DNA from: Escherichia phage HK630
DNA length: 47,090 nucleotides
Sequence record: NC_019723.1
Reading direction: 5' to 3' (one strand)
Made by a program: the position numbers and the translations under genes
In this document: piece after piece, positions 1 to 14,686 of the stretch
How the letters are laid out: each line of letters begins with the position of its first letter
How positions within the stretch are numbered: position 1 is the stretch's first letter
Notes under the pieces: model-generated
Databases searched by the model: none
Seen by the model: the letters and a program-made list of their open reading frames with translations, nothing else
Told to the model about the DNA's origin: nothing

Positions 1-520
1 ATGGAAGTCAACAAAAAGCAGCTGGCTGACATTTTCGGTGCGAGTATCCGTACCATTCAGAACTGGCAGGAACAGGGAATGCCCGTTCTGCGAGGCGGTG
101 GCAAGGGTAATGAGGTGCTTTATGACTCTGCCGCCGTCATAAAATGGTATGCCGAAAGGGATGCTGAAATTGAGAACGAAAAGCTGCGCCGGGAGGTTGA
201 AGAACTGCGGCAGGCCAGCGAGGCAGATCTCCAGCCAGGAACTATTGAGTACGAACGCCATCGACTTACGCGTGCGCAGGCCGACGCACAGGAACTGAAG
301 AATGCCAGAGACTCCGCTGAAGTGGTGGAAACCGCATTCTGTACTTTCGTGCTGTCGCGGATCGCAGGTGAAATTGCCAGTATTCTCGACGGGCTCCCCC
401 TGTCGGTGCAGCGGCGTTTTCCGGAACTGGAAAACCGACATGTTGATTTCCTGAAACGGGATATCATCAAAGCCATGAACAAAGCAGCCGCGCTGGATGA
501 ACTGATACCGGGGTTGCTGA

Positions 521-546
<26 letters not shown>
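1..546 (+). CDS. nu1: terminase small subunit Nu1
   Basis: 181-aa translation matches recalled lambda Nu1 (MEVNKKQLADIFGASIRTIQNWQEQGMPVL...); overlaps the A start as in lambda. Confidence 0.97.
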
Positions 547-4227
<3,681 letters not shown>

Positions 4228-4247
<20 letters not shown>

Positions 4248-5547
4248 TCTCCCGCATATTGCCAGCATGGCCTTTAATGAGCCGCTGATGCTTGAACCCG
4301 CCTATGCGCGGGTTTTCTTTTGTGCGCTTGCAGGCCAGCTTGGGATCAGCAGCCTGACGGATGCGGTGTCCGGCGACAGCCTGACTGCCCAGGAGGCACT
4401 CGCGACGCTGGCATTATCCGGTGATGATGACGGACCACGACAGGCCCGCAGTTATCAGGTCATGAACGGCATCGCCGTGCTGCCGGTGTCCGGCACGCTG
4501 GTCAGCCGGACGCGGGCGCTGCAGCCGTACTCGGGGATGACCGGTTACAACGGCATTATCGCCCGTCTGCAACAGGCTGCCAGCGATCCGATGGTGGACG
4601 GCATTCTGCTCGATATGGACACGCCCGGCGGGATGGTGGCGGGGGCATTTGACTGCGCTGACATCATCGCCCGTGTGCGTGACATAAAACCGGTATGGGC
4701 GCTTGCCAACGACATGAACTGCAGTGCAGGTCAGTTGCTTGCCAGTGCCGCCTCCCGGCGTCTGGTCACGCAGACCGCCCGGACAGGCTCCATCGGCGTC
4801 ATGATGGCTCACAGTAATTACGGTGCTGCGCTGGAGAAACAGGGTGTGGAAATCACGCTGATTTACAGCGGCAGCCATAAGGTGGATGGCAACCCCTACA
4901 GCCATCTTCCGGATGACGTCCGGGAGACACTGCAGTCCCGGATGGACGCAACCCGCCAGATGTTTGCGCAGAAGGTGTCGGCATATACCGGCCTGTCCGT
5001 GCAGGTTGTGCTGGATACCGAGGCTGCAGTGTACAGCGGTCAGGAGGCCATTGATGCCGGACTGGCTGATGAACTTGTTAACAGCACCGATGCGATCACC
5101 GTCATGCGTGATGCACTGGATGCACGTAAATCCCGTCTCTCAGGAGGGCGAATGACCAAAGAGACTCAATCAACAACTGTTTCAGCCACTGCTTCGCAGG
5201 CTGACGTTACTGACGTGGTGCCAGCGACGGAGGGCGAGAACGCCAGCGCGGCGCAGCCGGACGTGAACGCGCAGATCACCGCAGCGGTTGCGGCAGAAAA
5301 CAGCCGCATTATGGGGATCCTCAACTGTGAGGAGGCTCACGGACGCGAAGAACAGGCACGCGTGCTGGCAGAAACCCCCGGTATGACCGTGAAAACGGCC
5401 CGCCGCATTCTGGCCGCAGCACCACAGAGTGCACAGGCGCGCAGTGACACTGCGCTGGATCGTCTGATGCAGGGGGCACCGGCACCGCTGGCTGCAGGTA
5501 ACCCGGCATCTGATGCCGTTAACGATTTGCTGAACACACCAGTGTAA
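4228..5547 (+). CDS. C: capsid assembly protease C (GTG start)
   Basis: 439-aa product from GTG at 4228 (VTAELRNLPHIASMAFNEPL...), overlapping the B stop; the longer 484-aa ORF-track frame is treated as upstream read-through. Confidence 0.9.
4942..5547 (+). CDS. nu3: scaffolding protein Nu3 (in-frame internal start within C)
   Basis: ATG at 4942 (MDATRQMFAQK...) in the C frame, 201 aa; lambda Nu3 arrangement. Confidence 0.8.
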   Translation: MDATRQMFAQKVSAYTGLSVQVVLDTEAAVYSGQEAIDAGLADELVNSTDAITVMRDALDARKSRLSGGRMTKETQSTTVSATASQADVTDVVPATEGENASAAQPDVNAQITAAVAAENSRIMGILNCEEAHGREEQARVLAETPGMTVKTARRILAAAPQSAQARSDTALDRLMQGAPAPLAAGNPASDAVNDLLNTPV

Positions 5548-5556
5548 GGGATGTTT

Positions 5557-5889
5557 ATGACGAGCAAAGAAACCTTTACCCATTACCAGCCGCAGGGCAA
5601 CAGTGACCCGGCTCATACCGCAACCGCGCCCGGCGGATTGAGTGCGAAAGCGCCTGCAATGACCCCGCTGATGCTGGACACCTCCAGCCGTAAGCTGGTT
5701 GCGTGGGATGGCACCACCGACGGTGCTGCCGTTGGCATTCTTGCGGTTGCTGCTGACCAGACCAGCACCACGCTGACGTTCTACAAGTCCGGCACGTTCC
5801 GTTATGAGGATGTGCTCTGGCCGGAGGCTGCCAGCGACGAGACGAAAAAACGGACCGCGTTTGCCGGAACGGCAATCAGCATCGTTTAA
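5557..5889 (+). CDS. D: head decoration protein D
   Basis: 110 aa [27 protein letters not shown]... matches recalled lambda gpD. Confidence 0.95.
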
Positions 5890-5944
5890 CTTTACCCTTC
5901 ATCACTAAAGGCCGCCTGTGCGGCTTTTTTTACGGGATTTTTTT

Positions 5945-6970
5945 ATGTCGATGTACACAACCGCCCAACTGCTGGCGGCAAATGAGCAGAAATTTAAGTT
6001 TGATCCGCTGTTTCTGCGTCTCTTTTTCCGTGAGAGCTATCCCTTCACCACGGAGAAAGTCTATCTCTCACAAATTCCGGGACTGGTAAACATGGCGCTG
6101 TACGTTTCGCCGATTGTTTCCGGTGAGGTTATCCGTTCCCGTGGCGGCTCCACCTCTGAATTTACGCCGGGATATGTCAAGCCGAAGCATGAAGTGAATC
6201 CGCAGATGACCCTGCGTCGCCTGCCGGATGAAGATCCGCAGAATCTGGCGGACCCGGCTTACCGCCGCCGTCGCATCATCATGCAGAACATGCGTGACGA
6301 AGAGCTGGCCATTGCTCAGGTCGAAGAGATGCAGGCAGTTTCTGCCGTGCTTAAGGGCAAATACACCATGACCGGTGAAGCCTTCGATCCGGTTGAGGTG
6401 GATATGGGCCGCAGTGAGGAGAATAACATCACGCAGTCCGGCGGCACGGAGTGGAGCAAGCGTGACAAGTCCACGTATGACCCGACCGACGATATCGAAG
6501 CCTACGCGCTGAACGCCAGCGGTGTGGTGAATATCATCGTGTTCGATCCGAAAGGCTGGGCGCTGTTCCGTTCCTTCAAAGCCGTCAAGGAGAAGCTGGA
6601 TACCCGTCGTGGCTCTAATTCCGAGCTGGAGACAGCGGTGAAAGACCTGGGCAAAGCGGTGTCCTATAAGGGGATGTATGGCGATGTGGCCATCGTCGTG
6701 TATTCCGGACAGTACGTGGAAAACGGCGTCAAAAAGAACTTCCTGCCGGACAACACGATGGTGCTGGGGAACACTCAGGCACGCGGTCTGCGCACCTATG
6801 GCTGCATTCAGGATGCGGACGCACAGCGCGAAGGCATTAACGCCTCTGCCCGTTACCCGAAAAACTGGGTGACCACCGGCGATCCGGCGCGTGAGTTCAC
6901 CATGATTCAGTCAGCACCGCTGATGCTGCTGGCTGACCCTGATGAGTTCGTGTCCGTACAACTGGCGTAA
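5945..6970 (+). CDS. E: major capsid protein E
   Basis: 341 aa starting MSMYTTAQLLAANEQKFKFDPLFLRLFFRESY...; lambda gpE. Confidence 0.96.
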   Translation: MSMYTTAQLLAANEQKFKFDPLFLRLFFRESYPFTTEKVYLSQIPGLVNMALYVSPIVSGEVIRSRGGSTSEFTPGYVKPKHEVNPQMTLRRLPDEDPQNLADPAYRRRRIIMQNMRDEELAIAQVEEMQAVSAVLKGKYTMTGEAFDPVEVDMGRSEENNITQSGGTEWSKRDKSTYDPTDDIEAYALNASGVVNIIVFDPKGWALFRSFKAVKEKLDTRRGSNSELETAVKDLGKAVSYKGMYGDVAIVVYSGQYVENGVKKNFLPDNTMVLGNTQARGLRTYGCIQDADAQREGINASARYPKNWVTTGDPAREFTMIQSAPLMLLADPDEFVSVQLA

Positions 6971-7011
6971 TCATGGCCCTTCGGGGCCATTGTTTCTCTG
7001 TGGAGGAGTCC

Positions 7012-7410
7012 ATGACGAAAGATGAACTGATTGCCCGTCTCCGCTCGCTGGGTGAACAACTGAACCGTGATGTCAGCCTGACGGGGACGAAAGAAGAACT
7101 GGCGCTCCGTGTGGCAGAGCTGAAAGAGGAGCTTGATGACACGGATGAAACTGCCGGTCAGGACACCCCTCTCAGCCGGGAAAATGTGCTGACCGGACAT
7201 GAAAATGAGGTGGGATCAGCGCAGCCGGATACCGTGATTCTGGATACGTCTGAACTGGTCACGGTCGTGGCACTGGTGAAGCTGCATACTGATGCACTTC
7301 ACGCCACGCGGGATGAACCTGTGGCATTTGTGCTGCCGGGAACGGCGTTTCGTGTCTCTGCCGGTGTGGCAGCCGAAATGACAGAGCGCGGCCTGGCCAG
7401 AATGCAATAA
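7012..7410 (+). CDS. FI: DNA packaging protein FI
   Basis: 132 aa from ATG 7012 (MTKDELIARLRSLGEQ...); lambda FI size and position. Confidence 0.9.
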   Translation: MTKDELIARLRSLGEQLNRDVSLTGTKEELALRVAELKEELDDTDETAGQDTPLSRENVLTGHENEVGSAQPDTVILDTSELVTVVALVKLHTDALHATRDEPVAFVLPGTAFRVSAGVAAEMTERGLARMQ

Positions 7411-7421
7411 CGGGAGGCGCT

Positions 7422-7775
7422 GTGGCTGATTTCGATAACCTGTTCGATGCTGCCATTGCCCGCGCCGATGAAACGATACGCGGGTACATGGGAACGTCAG
7501 CCACCATTACATCCGGTGAGCAGTCAGGTGCGGTGATACGTGGTGTTTTTGATGACCCTGAAAATATCAGCTATGCCGGACAGGGCGTGCGCGTTGAAGG
7601 CTCCAGCCCGTCCCTGTTTGTCCGGACTGATGAGGTGCGGCAGCTGCGGCGTGGAGACACGCTGACCATCGGTGAGGAAAATTTCTGGGTAGATCGGGTT
7701 TCGCCGGATGATGGCGGAAGTTGTCATCTCTGGCTTGGACGGGGCGTACCGCCTGCCGTTAACCGTCGCCGCTGA
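7422..7775 (+). CDS. FII: head-tail connector FII
   Basis: 117-aa ORF at the lambda FII position. Confidence 0.9.
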   Translation: MADFDNLFDAAIARADETIRGYMGTSATITSGEQSGAVIRGVFDDPENISYAGQGVRVEGSSPSLFVRTDEVRQLRRGDTLTIGEENFWVDRVSPDDGGSCHLWLGRGVPPAVNRRR

Positions 7776-7786
7776 AAGGGGGATGT

Positions 7787-8365
7787 ATGGCCATAAAAGG
7801 TCTTGAGCAGGCCGTTGAAAACCTCAGCCGTATCAGCAAAACGGCGGTGCCTGGTGCCGCCGCAATGGCCATTAACCGCGTTGCTTCATCCGCGATATCG
7901 CAGTCGGCGTCACAGGTTGCCCGTGAGACAAAGGTACGCCGGAAACTGGTAAAGGAAAGGGCCAGGCTGAAAAGGGCCACGGTCAAAAATCCGCAGGCCA
8001 GAATCAAAGTTAACCGGGGGGATTTGCCCGTAATCAAGCTGGGTAATGCGCGGGTTGTCCTTTCGCGCCGCAGGCGTCGTAAAAAGGGGCAGCGTTCATC
8101 CCTGAAAGGTGGCGGCAGCGTGCTTGTGGTGGGTAACCGTCGTATTCCCGGCGCGTTTATTCAGCAACTGAAAAATGGCCGGTGGCATGTCATGCAGCGT
8201 GTGGCTGGGAAAAACCGTTACCCCATTGATGTGGTGAAAATCCCGATGGCGGTGCCGCTGACCACGGCGTTTAAACAAAATATTGAGCGGATACGGCGTG
8301 AACGTCTTCCGAAAGAGCTGGGCTATGCGCTGCAGCATCAACTGAGGATGGTAATAAAGCGATGA
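7787..8365 (+). CDS. Z: tail completion protein Z
   Basis: 192-aa ORF, lambda Z position. Confidence 0.9.
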   Translation: MAIKGLEQAVENLSRISKTAVPGAAAMAINRVASSAISQSASQVARETKVRRKLVKERARLKRATVKNPQARIKVNRGDLPVIKLGNARVVLSRRRRRKKGQRSSLKGGGSVLVVGNRRIPGAFIQQLKNGRWHVMQRVAGKNRYPIDVVKIPMAVPLTTAFKQNIERIRRERLPKELGYALQHQLRMVIKR

Positions 8366-8757
8366 AACATACTGAACTCCGTGCAGCCGTACTGGATGCA
8401 CTGGAGAAGCATGACACCGGGGCGACGTTTTTTGATGGTCGCCCCGCTGTTTTTGATGAGGCGGATTTTCCGGCAGTTGCCGTTTATCTCACCGGCGCTG
8501 AATACACGGGCGAAGAGCTGGACAGCGATACCTGGCAGGCGGAGCTGCATATCGAAGTTTTCCTGCCTGCTCAGGTGCCGGATTCAGAGCTGGATGCGTG
8601 GATGGAGTCCCGGATTTATCCGGTGATGAGCGATATCCCGGCACTGTCAGATTTGATCACCAGTATGGTGGCCAGCGGCTATGACTACCGGCGCGACGAT
8701 GATGCGGGCTTGTGGAGTTCAGCCGATCTGACTTATGTCATTACCTATGAAATGTGA
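8362..8757 (+). CDS. U: tail terminator protein U
   Basis: 131-aa ORF overlapping the Z stop, lambda U. Confidence 0.9.
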
Positions 8758-8764
8758 GGACGCT

Positions 8765-9505
8765 ATGCCTGTACCAAATCCTACAATGCCGGTGAAAGGT
8801 GCCGGGACCACCCTGTGGGTTTATAAGGGGAGCGGTGACCCTTACGCGAATCCGCTTTCAGACGTTGACTGGTCGCGTCTGGCAAAAGTTAAAGACCTGA
8901 CGCCCGGCGAACTGACCGCTGAGTCCTATGACGACAGCTATCTCGATGATGAAGATGCAGACTGGACTGCGACCGGGCAGGGGCAGAAATCTGCCGGAGA
9001 TACCAGCTTCACGCTGGCGTGGATGCCCGGAGAGCAGGGGCAGCAGGCGCTGCTGGCGTGGTTTAATGAAGGCGATACCCGTGCCTATAAAATCCGCTTC
9101 CCGAACGGCACGGTCGATGTGTTCCGTGGCTGGGTCAGCAGTATCGGTAAGGCGGTGACGGCGAAGGAAGTGATCACCCGCACGGTGAAAGTCACCAATG
9201 TGGGACGTCCGTCGATGGCAGAAGATCGCAGCACGGTAACAGCGGCAACCGGCATGACCGTGACGCCTGCCAGCACCTCGGTGGTGAAAGGGCAGAGCAC
9301 CACGCTGACCGTGGCCTTCCAGCCGGAGGGCGTAACCGACAAGAGCTTTCGTGCGGTGTCTGCGGATAAAACAAAAGCCACCGTGTCGGTCAGTGGTATG
9401 ACCATCACCGTGAACGGCGTTGCTGCAGGCAAGGTCAACATTCCGGTTGTATCCGGTAATGGTGAGTTTGCTGCGGTTGCAGAAATTACCGTCACCGCCA
9501 GTTAA
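8765..9505 (+). CDS. V: major tail tube protein V
   Basis: 246 aa from ATG 8765 ([22 protein letters not shown]...), Ig-like C-terminal region; lambda gpV. Confidence 0.94.
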
Positions 9506-9520
9506 TCCGGAGAGTCAGCG

Positions 9521-9943
9521 ATGTTCCTGAAAACCGAATCATTTGAACATAACGGTGTGACCGTCACGCTTTCTGAACTGTCAGCCCTGCAGCGCATTGA
9601 GCATCTCGCCCTGATGAAACGGCAGGCAGAACAGGCGGAGTCAGACAGCAACCGGAAGTTTACTGTGGAAGACGCCATCAGAACCGGCGCGTTTCTGGTG
9701 GCGATGTCCCTGTGGCATAACCATCCGCAGAAGACGCAGATGCCGTCCATGAATGAAGCCGTTAAACAGATTGAGCAGGAAGTGCTTACCACCTGGCCCA
9801 CGGAGGCAATTTCTCATGCTGAAAACGTGGTGTACCGGCTGTCTGGTATGTATGAGTTTGTGGTGAATAATGCCCCTGAACAGACAGAGGACGCCGGGCC
9901 CGCAGAGCCTGTTTCTGCGGGAAAGTGTTCGACGGTGAGCTGA
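9521..9943 (+). CDS. G: tail assembly chaperone G
   Basis: 140-aa ORF; slippery heptamer G GGA AAG at 9919-9925 near its 3' end. Confidence 0.92.
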   Translation: MFLKTESFEHNGVTVTLSELSALQRIEHLALMKRQAEQAESDSNRKFTVEDAIRTGAFLVAMSLWHNHPQKTQMPSMNEAVKQIEQEVLTTWPTEAISHAENVVYRLSGMYEFVVNNAPEQTEDAGPAEPVSAGKCSTVS

Positions 9944-10359
9944 GTTTTGCCCTGAAACTGGCGCGTGAGATGGGGCGACCCGACTGGCGTGCCATGCTTG
10001 CCGGGATGTCATCCACGGAGTATGCCGACTGGCACCGCTTTTACAGTACCCATTATTTTCATGATGTTCTGCTGGATATGCACTTTTCCGGGCTGACGTA
10101 CACCGTGCTCAGCCTGTTTTTCAGCGATCCGGATATGCATCCGCTGGATTTCAGTCTGCTGAACCGGCGCGAGGCTGACGAAGAGCCTGAAGATGATGTG
10201 CTGATGCAGAAAGCGGCAGGGCTTGCCGGAGGTGTCCGCTTTGGCCCGGACGGGAATGAAGTTATCCCCGCTTCCCCGGATGTGGCGGACATGACGGAGG
10301 ATGACGTAATGCTGATGACAGTATCAGAAGGGATCGCAGGAGGAGTCCGGTATGGCTGA
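9925..10359 (+). CDS. T: tail assembly protein T (made as G-T fusion by -1 programmed frameshift)
   Basis: 144-aa ORF in the -1 frame relative to G, beginning at the slippery site; conserved lambda G-T arrangement. Confidence 0.88.
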   Translation: MFDGELSFALKLAREMGRPDWRAMLAGMSSTEYADWHRFYSTHYFHDVLLDMHFSGLTYTVLSLFFSDPDMHPLDFSLLNRREADEEPEDDVLMQKAAGLAGGVRFGPDGNEVIPASPDVADMTEDDVMLMTVSEGIAGGVRYG

Positions 10360-12913
10360 ACCGGTAGGCGATCTGGTCGTTGATTTGAGTCTGGATGCGG
10401 CCAGATTTGACGAGCAGATGGCCAGAGTCAGGCGTCATTTTTCTGGTACGGAAAGTGATGCGAAAAAAACAGCGGCAGTCGTTGAACAGTCGCTGAGCCG
10501 ACAGGCGCTGGCTGCACAGAAAGCGGGGATTTCCGTCGGGCAGTATAAAGCCGCCATGCGTATGCTGCCTGCACAGTTCACCGACGTGGCCACGCAGCTT
10601 GCAGGCGGGCAAAGTCCGTGGCTGATCCTGCTGCAACAGGGGGGGCAGGTGAAGGACTCCTTCGGCGGGATGATCCCCATGTTCAGGGGGCTTGCCGGTG
10701 CGATCACCCTGCCGATGGTGGGGGCCACCTCGCTGGCGGTGGCGACCGGTGCGCTGGCGTATGCCTGGTATCAGGGCAACTCAACCCTGTCCGATTTCAA
10801 CAAAACGCTGGTCCTTTCCGGCAATCAGGCGGGACTGACGGCAGATCGTATGCTGGTCCTGTCCAGAGCCGGGCAGGCGGCAGGGCTGACGTTTAACCAG
10901 ACCAGCGAGTCACTCAGCGCACTGGTTAAGGCGGGGGTAAGCGGTGAGGCTCAGATTGCGTCCATCAGCCAGAGTGTGGCGCGTTTCTCCTCTGCATCCG
11001 GCGTGGAGGTGGACAAGGTCGCTGAAGCCTTCGGGAAGCTGACCACAGACCCGACGTCGGGGCTGACGGCGATGGCTCGCCAGTTCCATAACGTGTCGGC
11101 GGAGCAGATTGCGTATGTTGCTCAGTTGCAGCGTTCCGGCGATGAAGCCGGGGCATTGCAGGCGGCGAACGAGGCCGCAACGAAAGGGTTTGATGACCAG
11201 ACCCGCCGCCTGAAAGAGAACATGGGCACGCTGGAGACCTGGGCAGACAGGACTGCGCGGGCATTCAAATCCATGTGGGATGCGGTGCTGGATATTGGTC
11301 GTCCTGATACCGCGCAGGAGATGCTGATTAAGGCAGAGGCTGCGTATAAGAAAGCAGACGACATCTGGAATCTGCGCAAGGATGATTATTTTGTTAACGA
11401 TGAAGCGCGGGCGCGTTACTGGGATGATCGTGAAAAGGCCCGTCTTGCGCTTGAAGCCGCCCGAAAGAAGGCTGAGCAGCAGACTCAACAGGACAAAAAT
11501 GCGCAGCAGCAGAGCGATACCGAAGCGTCACGGCTGAAATATACCGAAGAGGCGCAGAAGGCTTACGAACGGCTGCAGACGCCGCTGGAGAAATATACCG
11601 CCCGTCAGGAAGAACTGAACAAGGCACTGAAAGACGGGAAAATCCTGCAGGCGGATTACAACACGCTGATGGCGGCGGCGAAAAAGGATTATGAAGCGAC
11701 GCTGAAAAAGCCGAAACAGTCCAGCGTGAAGGTGTCTGCGGGCGATCGTCAGGAAGACAGTGCTCATGCTGCCCTGCTGACGCTTCAGGCAGAACTCCGG
11801 ACGCTGGAGAAGCATGCCGGAGCAAATGAGAAAATCAGCCAGCAGCGCCGGGATTTGTGGAAGGCGGAGAGTCAGTTCGCGGTACTGGAGGAGGCGGCGC
11901 AACGTCGCCAGCTGTCTGCACAGGAGAAATCCCTGCTGGCGCATAAAGATGAGACGCTGGAGTACAAACGCCAGCTGGCTGCACTTGGCGACAAGGTTAC
12001 GTATCAGGAGCGCCTGAACGCGCTGGCGCAGCAGGCGGATAAATTCGCACAGCAGCAACGGGCAAAACGGGCCGCCATTGATGCGAAAAGCCGGGGGCTG
12101 ACTGACCGGCAGGCAGAACGGGAAGCCACGGAACAGCGCCTGAAGGAACAGTATGGCGATAATCCGCTGGCGCTGAATAACGTCATGTCAGAGCAGAAAA
12201 AGACCTGGGCGGCTGAAGACCAGCTTCGCGGGAACTGGATGGCAGGCCTGAAGTCCGGCTGGAGTGAGTGGGAAGAGAGCGCCACGGACAGTATGTCGCA
12301 GGTAAAAAGTGCAGCCACGCAGACCTTTGATGGTATTGCACAGAATATGGCGGCGATGCTGACCGGCAGTGAGCAGAACTGGCGCAGCTTCACCCGTTCC
12401 GTGCTGTCCATGATGACAGAAATTCTGCTTAAGCAGGCAATGGTGGGGATTGTCGGGAGTATCGGCAGCGCCATTGGCGGGGCTGTTGGTGGCGGCGCAT
12501 CCGCGTCAGGCGGTACAGCCATTCAGGCCGCTGCGGCGAAATTCCATTTTGCAACCGGAGGATTTACGGGAACCGGCGGCAAATATGAGCCAGCGGGGAT
12601 TGTTCACCGTGGTGAGTTTGTCTTCACGAAGGAGGCAACCAGCCGGATTGGCGTGGGGAATCTTTACCGGCTGATGCGCGGCTATGCCACCGGCGGTTAT
12701 GTCGGTACACCGGGCAGCATGGCAGACAGCCGGTCGCAGGCGTCCGGGACGTTTGAGCAGAATAACCATGTGGTGATTAACAACGACGGCACGAACGGGC
12801 AGATAGGTCCGGCTGCTCTGAAGGCGGTGTATGACATGGCCCGCAAGGGTGCCCGTGATGAAATTCAGACACAGATGCGTGATGGTGGCCTGTTCTCCGG
12901 AGGTGGACGATGA
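10352..12913 (+). CDS. H: tail tape measure protein H
   Basis: 853-aa ORF with an extended Ala/Gln/Glu-rich helical region; lambda gpH size and position. Confidence 0.95.
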   Translation: MAEPVGDLVVDLSLDAARFDEQMARVRRHFSGTESDAKKTAAVVEQSLSRQALAAQKAGISVGQYKAAMRMLPAQFTDVATQLAGGQSPWLILLQQGGQVKDSFGGMIPMFRGLAGAITLPMVGATSLAVATGALAYAWYQGNSTLSDFNKTLVLSGNQAGLTADRMLVLSRAGQAAGLTFNQTSESLSALVKAGVSGEAQIASISQSVARFSSASGVEVDKVAEAFGKLTTDPTSGLTAMARQFHNVSAEQIAYVAQLQRSGDEAGALQAANEAATKGFDDQTRRLKENMGTLETWADRTARAFKSMWDAVLDIGRPDTAQEMLIKAEAAYKKADDIWNLRKDDYFVNDEARARYWDDREKARLALEAARKKAEQQTQQDKNAQQQSDTEASRLKYTEEAQKAYERLQTPLEKYTARQEELNKALKDGKILQADYNTLMAAAKKDYEATLKKPKQSSVKVSAGDRQEDSAHAALLTLQAELRTLEKHAGANEKISQQRRDLWKAESQFAVLEEAAQRRQLSAQEKSLLAHKDETLEYKRQLAALGDKVTYQERLNALAQQADKFAQQQRAKRAAIDAKSRGLTDRQAEREATEQRLKEQYGDNPLALNNVMSEQKKTWAAEDQLRGNWMAGLKSGWSEWEESATDSMSQVKSAATQTFDGIAQNMAAMLTGSEQNWRSFTRSVLSMMTEILLKQAMVGIVGSIGSAIGGAVGGGASASGGTAIQAAAAKFHFATGGFTGTGGKYEPAGIVHRGEFVFTKEATSRIGVGNLYRLMRGYATGGYVGTPGSMADSRSQASGTFEQNNHVVINNDGTNGQIGPAALKAVYDMARKGARDEIQTQMRDGGLFSGGGR

Positions 12914-13239
12914 AGACCTTCCGCTGGAAAGTGAAACCCGGTATGGATGTGGCTTCGGTCCCTTCTGTAAGAAAGGTGCGCTTTGGTGATGGCTATTCTC
13001 AGCGAGCGCCTGCCGGGCTGAATGCCAACCTGAAAACGTACAGCGTGACGCTTTCTGTCCCCCGTGAGGAGGCCACGGTACTGGAGTCGTTTCTGGAAGA
13101 GCACGGGGGCTGGAAATCCTTTCTGTGGACGCCGCCTTATGAGTGGCGGCAGATAAAGGTGACCTGCGCAAAATGGTCGTCGCGGGTCAGTATGCTGCGT
13201 GTTGAGTTCAGCGCAGAGTTTGAACAGGTGGTGAACTGA
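12910..13239 (+). CDS. M: tail tip assembly protein M
   Basis: 109-aa ORF overlapping the H stop. Confidence 0.9.
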   Translation: MKTFRWKVKPGMDVASVPSVRKVRFGDGYSQRAPAGLNANLKTYSVTLSVPREEATVLESFLEEHGGWKSFLWTPPYEWRQIKVTCAKWSSRVSMLRVEFSAEFEQVVN

Positions 13240-13937
13240 TGCAGGATATCCGGCAGGAAACACTGAATGAATGCACCCGTGCGGAGCAGTCGGCCAGCGT
13301 GGTGCTCTGGGAAATCGACCTGACAGAGGTCGGTGGAGAACGTTATTTTTTCTGTAATGAGCAGAACGAAAAAGGTGAGCCGGTCACCTGGCAGGGGCGA
13401 CAGTATCAGCCGTATCCCATTCAGGGGAGCGGTTTTGAACTGAATGGCAAAGGCACCAGTACGCGCCCCACGCTGACGGTTTCTAACCTGTACGGTATGG
13501 TCACCGGGATGGCGGAAGATATGCAGAGTCTGGTCGGCGGAACGGTGGTCCGGCGTAAGGTTTACGCCCGTTTTCTGGATGCGGTGAACTTCGTCAACGG
13601 AAACAGTTACGCCGATCCGGAGCAGGAGGTGATCAGCCGCTGGCGCATTGAGCAGTGCAGCGAACTGAGCGCGGTGAGTGCCTCCTTTGTACTGTCCACG
13701 CCGACGGAAACGGATGGCGCTGTTTTTCCGGGACGTATCATGCTGGCCAACACCTGCACCTGGACCTATCGCGGTGACGAGTGCGGTTATAGCGGTCCGG
13801 CTGTCGCGGATGAATATGACCAGCCAACGTCCGATATCACGAAGGATAAATGCAGCAAATGCCTGAGCGGTTGTAAGTTCCGCAATAACGTCGGCAACTT
13901 TGGCGGCTTCCTTTCCATTAACAAACTTTCGCAGTAA
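13239..13937 (+). CDS. L: tail tip protein L
   Basis: 232-aa ORF with a Cys cluster near the C-terminus; lambda gpL. Confidence 0.92.
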   Translation: MQDIRQETLNECTRAEQSASVVLWEIDLTEVGGERYFFCNEQNEKGEPVTWQGRQYQPYPIQGSGFELNGKGTSTRPTLTVSNLYGMVTGMAEDMQSLVGGTVVRRKVYARFLDAVNFVNGNSYADPEQEVISRWRIEQCSELSAVSASFVLSTPTETDGAVFPGRIMLANTCTWTYRGDECGYSGPAVADEYDQPTSDITKDKCSKCLSGCKFRNNVGNFGGFLSINKLSQ

Positions 13938-13942
13938 ATCCC

Positions 13943-14686
13943 ATGACACAGACAGAATCAGCGATTCTGGCGCACGCCCGGCGATGTGCGCCAGCGGAGT
14001 CGTGCGGCTTCGTGGTAAGCACGCCGGAGGGGGAAAGATATTTCCCCTGCGTGAATATCTCCGGTGAGCCGGAGGCGTATTTCCGTATGTCGCCGGAAGA
14101 CTGGCTGCAGGCAGAAATGCAGGGTGAGATTGTGGCGCTGGTCCACAGCCACCCCGGTGGTCTGCCCTGGCTGAGTGAGGCCGACCGGCGGCTGCAGGTG
14201 CAGAGTGATTTGCCGTGGTGGCTGGTCTGCCGGGGGACGATTCATAAGTTCCGCTGTGTGCCGCATCTCACCGGGCGGCGCTTTGAGCACGGTGTGACGG
14301 ACTGTTACACACTGTTCCGGGATGCTTATCATCTGGCGGGGATTGAGATGCCGGACTTTCATCGTGAGGATGACTGGTGGCGTAACGGCCAGAATCTCTA
14401 TCTGGATAATCTGGAGGCGACGGGGCTGTATCAGGTGCCGTTGTCAGCGGCACAGCCGGGCGATGTGCTGCTGTGCTGTTTTGGTTCATCAGTGCCGAAT
14501 CACGCCGCAATTTACTGCGGCGACGGCGAGCTGCTGCACCATATTCCTGAACAACTGAGCAAACGAGAGAGGTACACCGACAAATGGCAGCGACGCACAC
14601 ACTCCCTCTGGCGTCACCGGGCATGGCGCGCATCTGCCTTTACGGGGATTTACAACGATTTGGTCGCCGCATCGACCTTCGTGTGA
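13943..14686 (+). CDS. K: tail tip protein K (JAB/MPN + NlpC/P60 domains); long form from ATG 13943, a shorter form would start at ATG 14087
   Basis: 247-aa ORF starting 6 nt after the L stop; contains JAMM-like HSHPGGLPWLSEAD motif. Confidence 0.8.
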   Translation: MTQTESAILAHARRCAPAESCGFVVSTPEGERYFPCVNISGEPEAYFRMSPEDWLQAEMQGEIVALVHSHPGGLPWLSEADRRLQVQSDLPWWLVCRGTIHKFRCVPHLTGRRFEHGVTDCYTLFRDAYHLAGIEMPDFHREDDWWRNGQNLYLDNLEATGLYQVPLSAAQPGDVLLCCFGSSVPNHAAIYCGDGELLHHIPEQLSKRERYTDKWQRRTHSLWRHRAWRASAFTGIYNDLVAASTFV

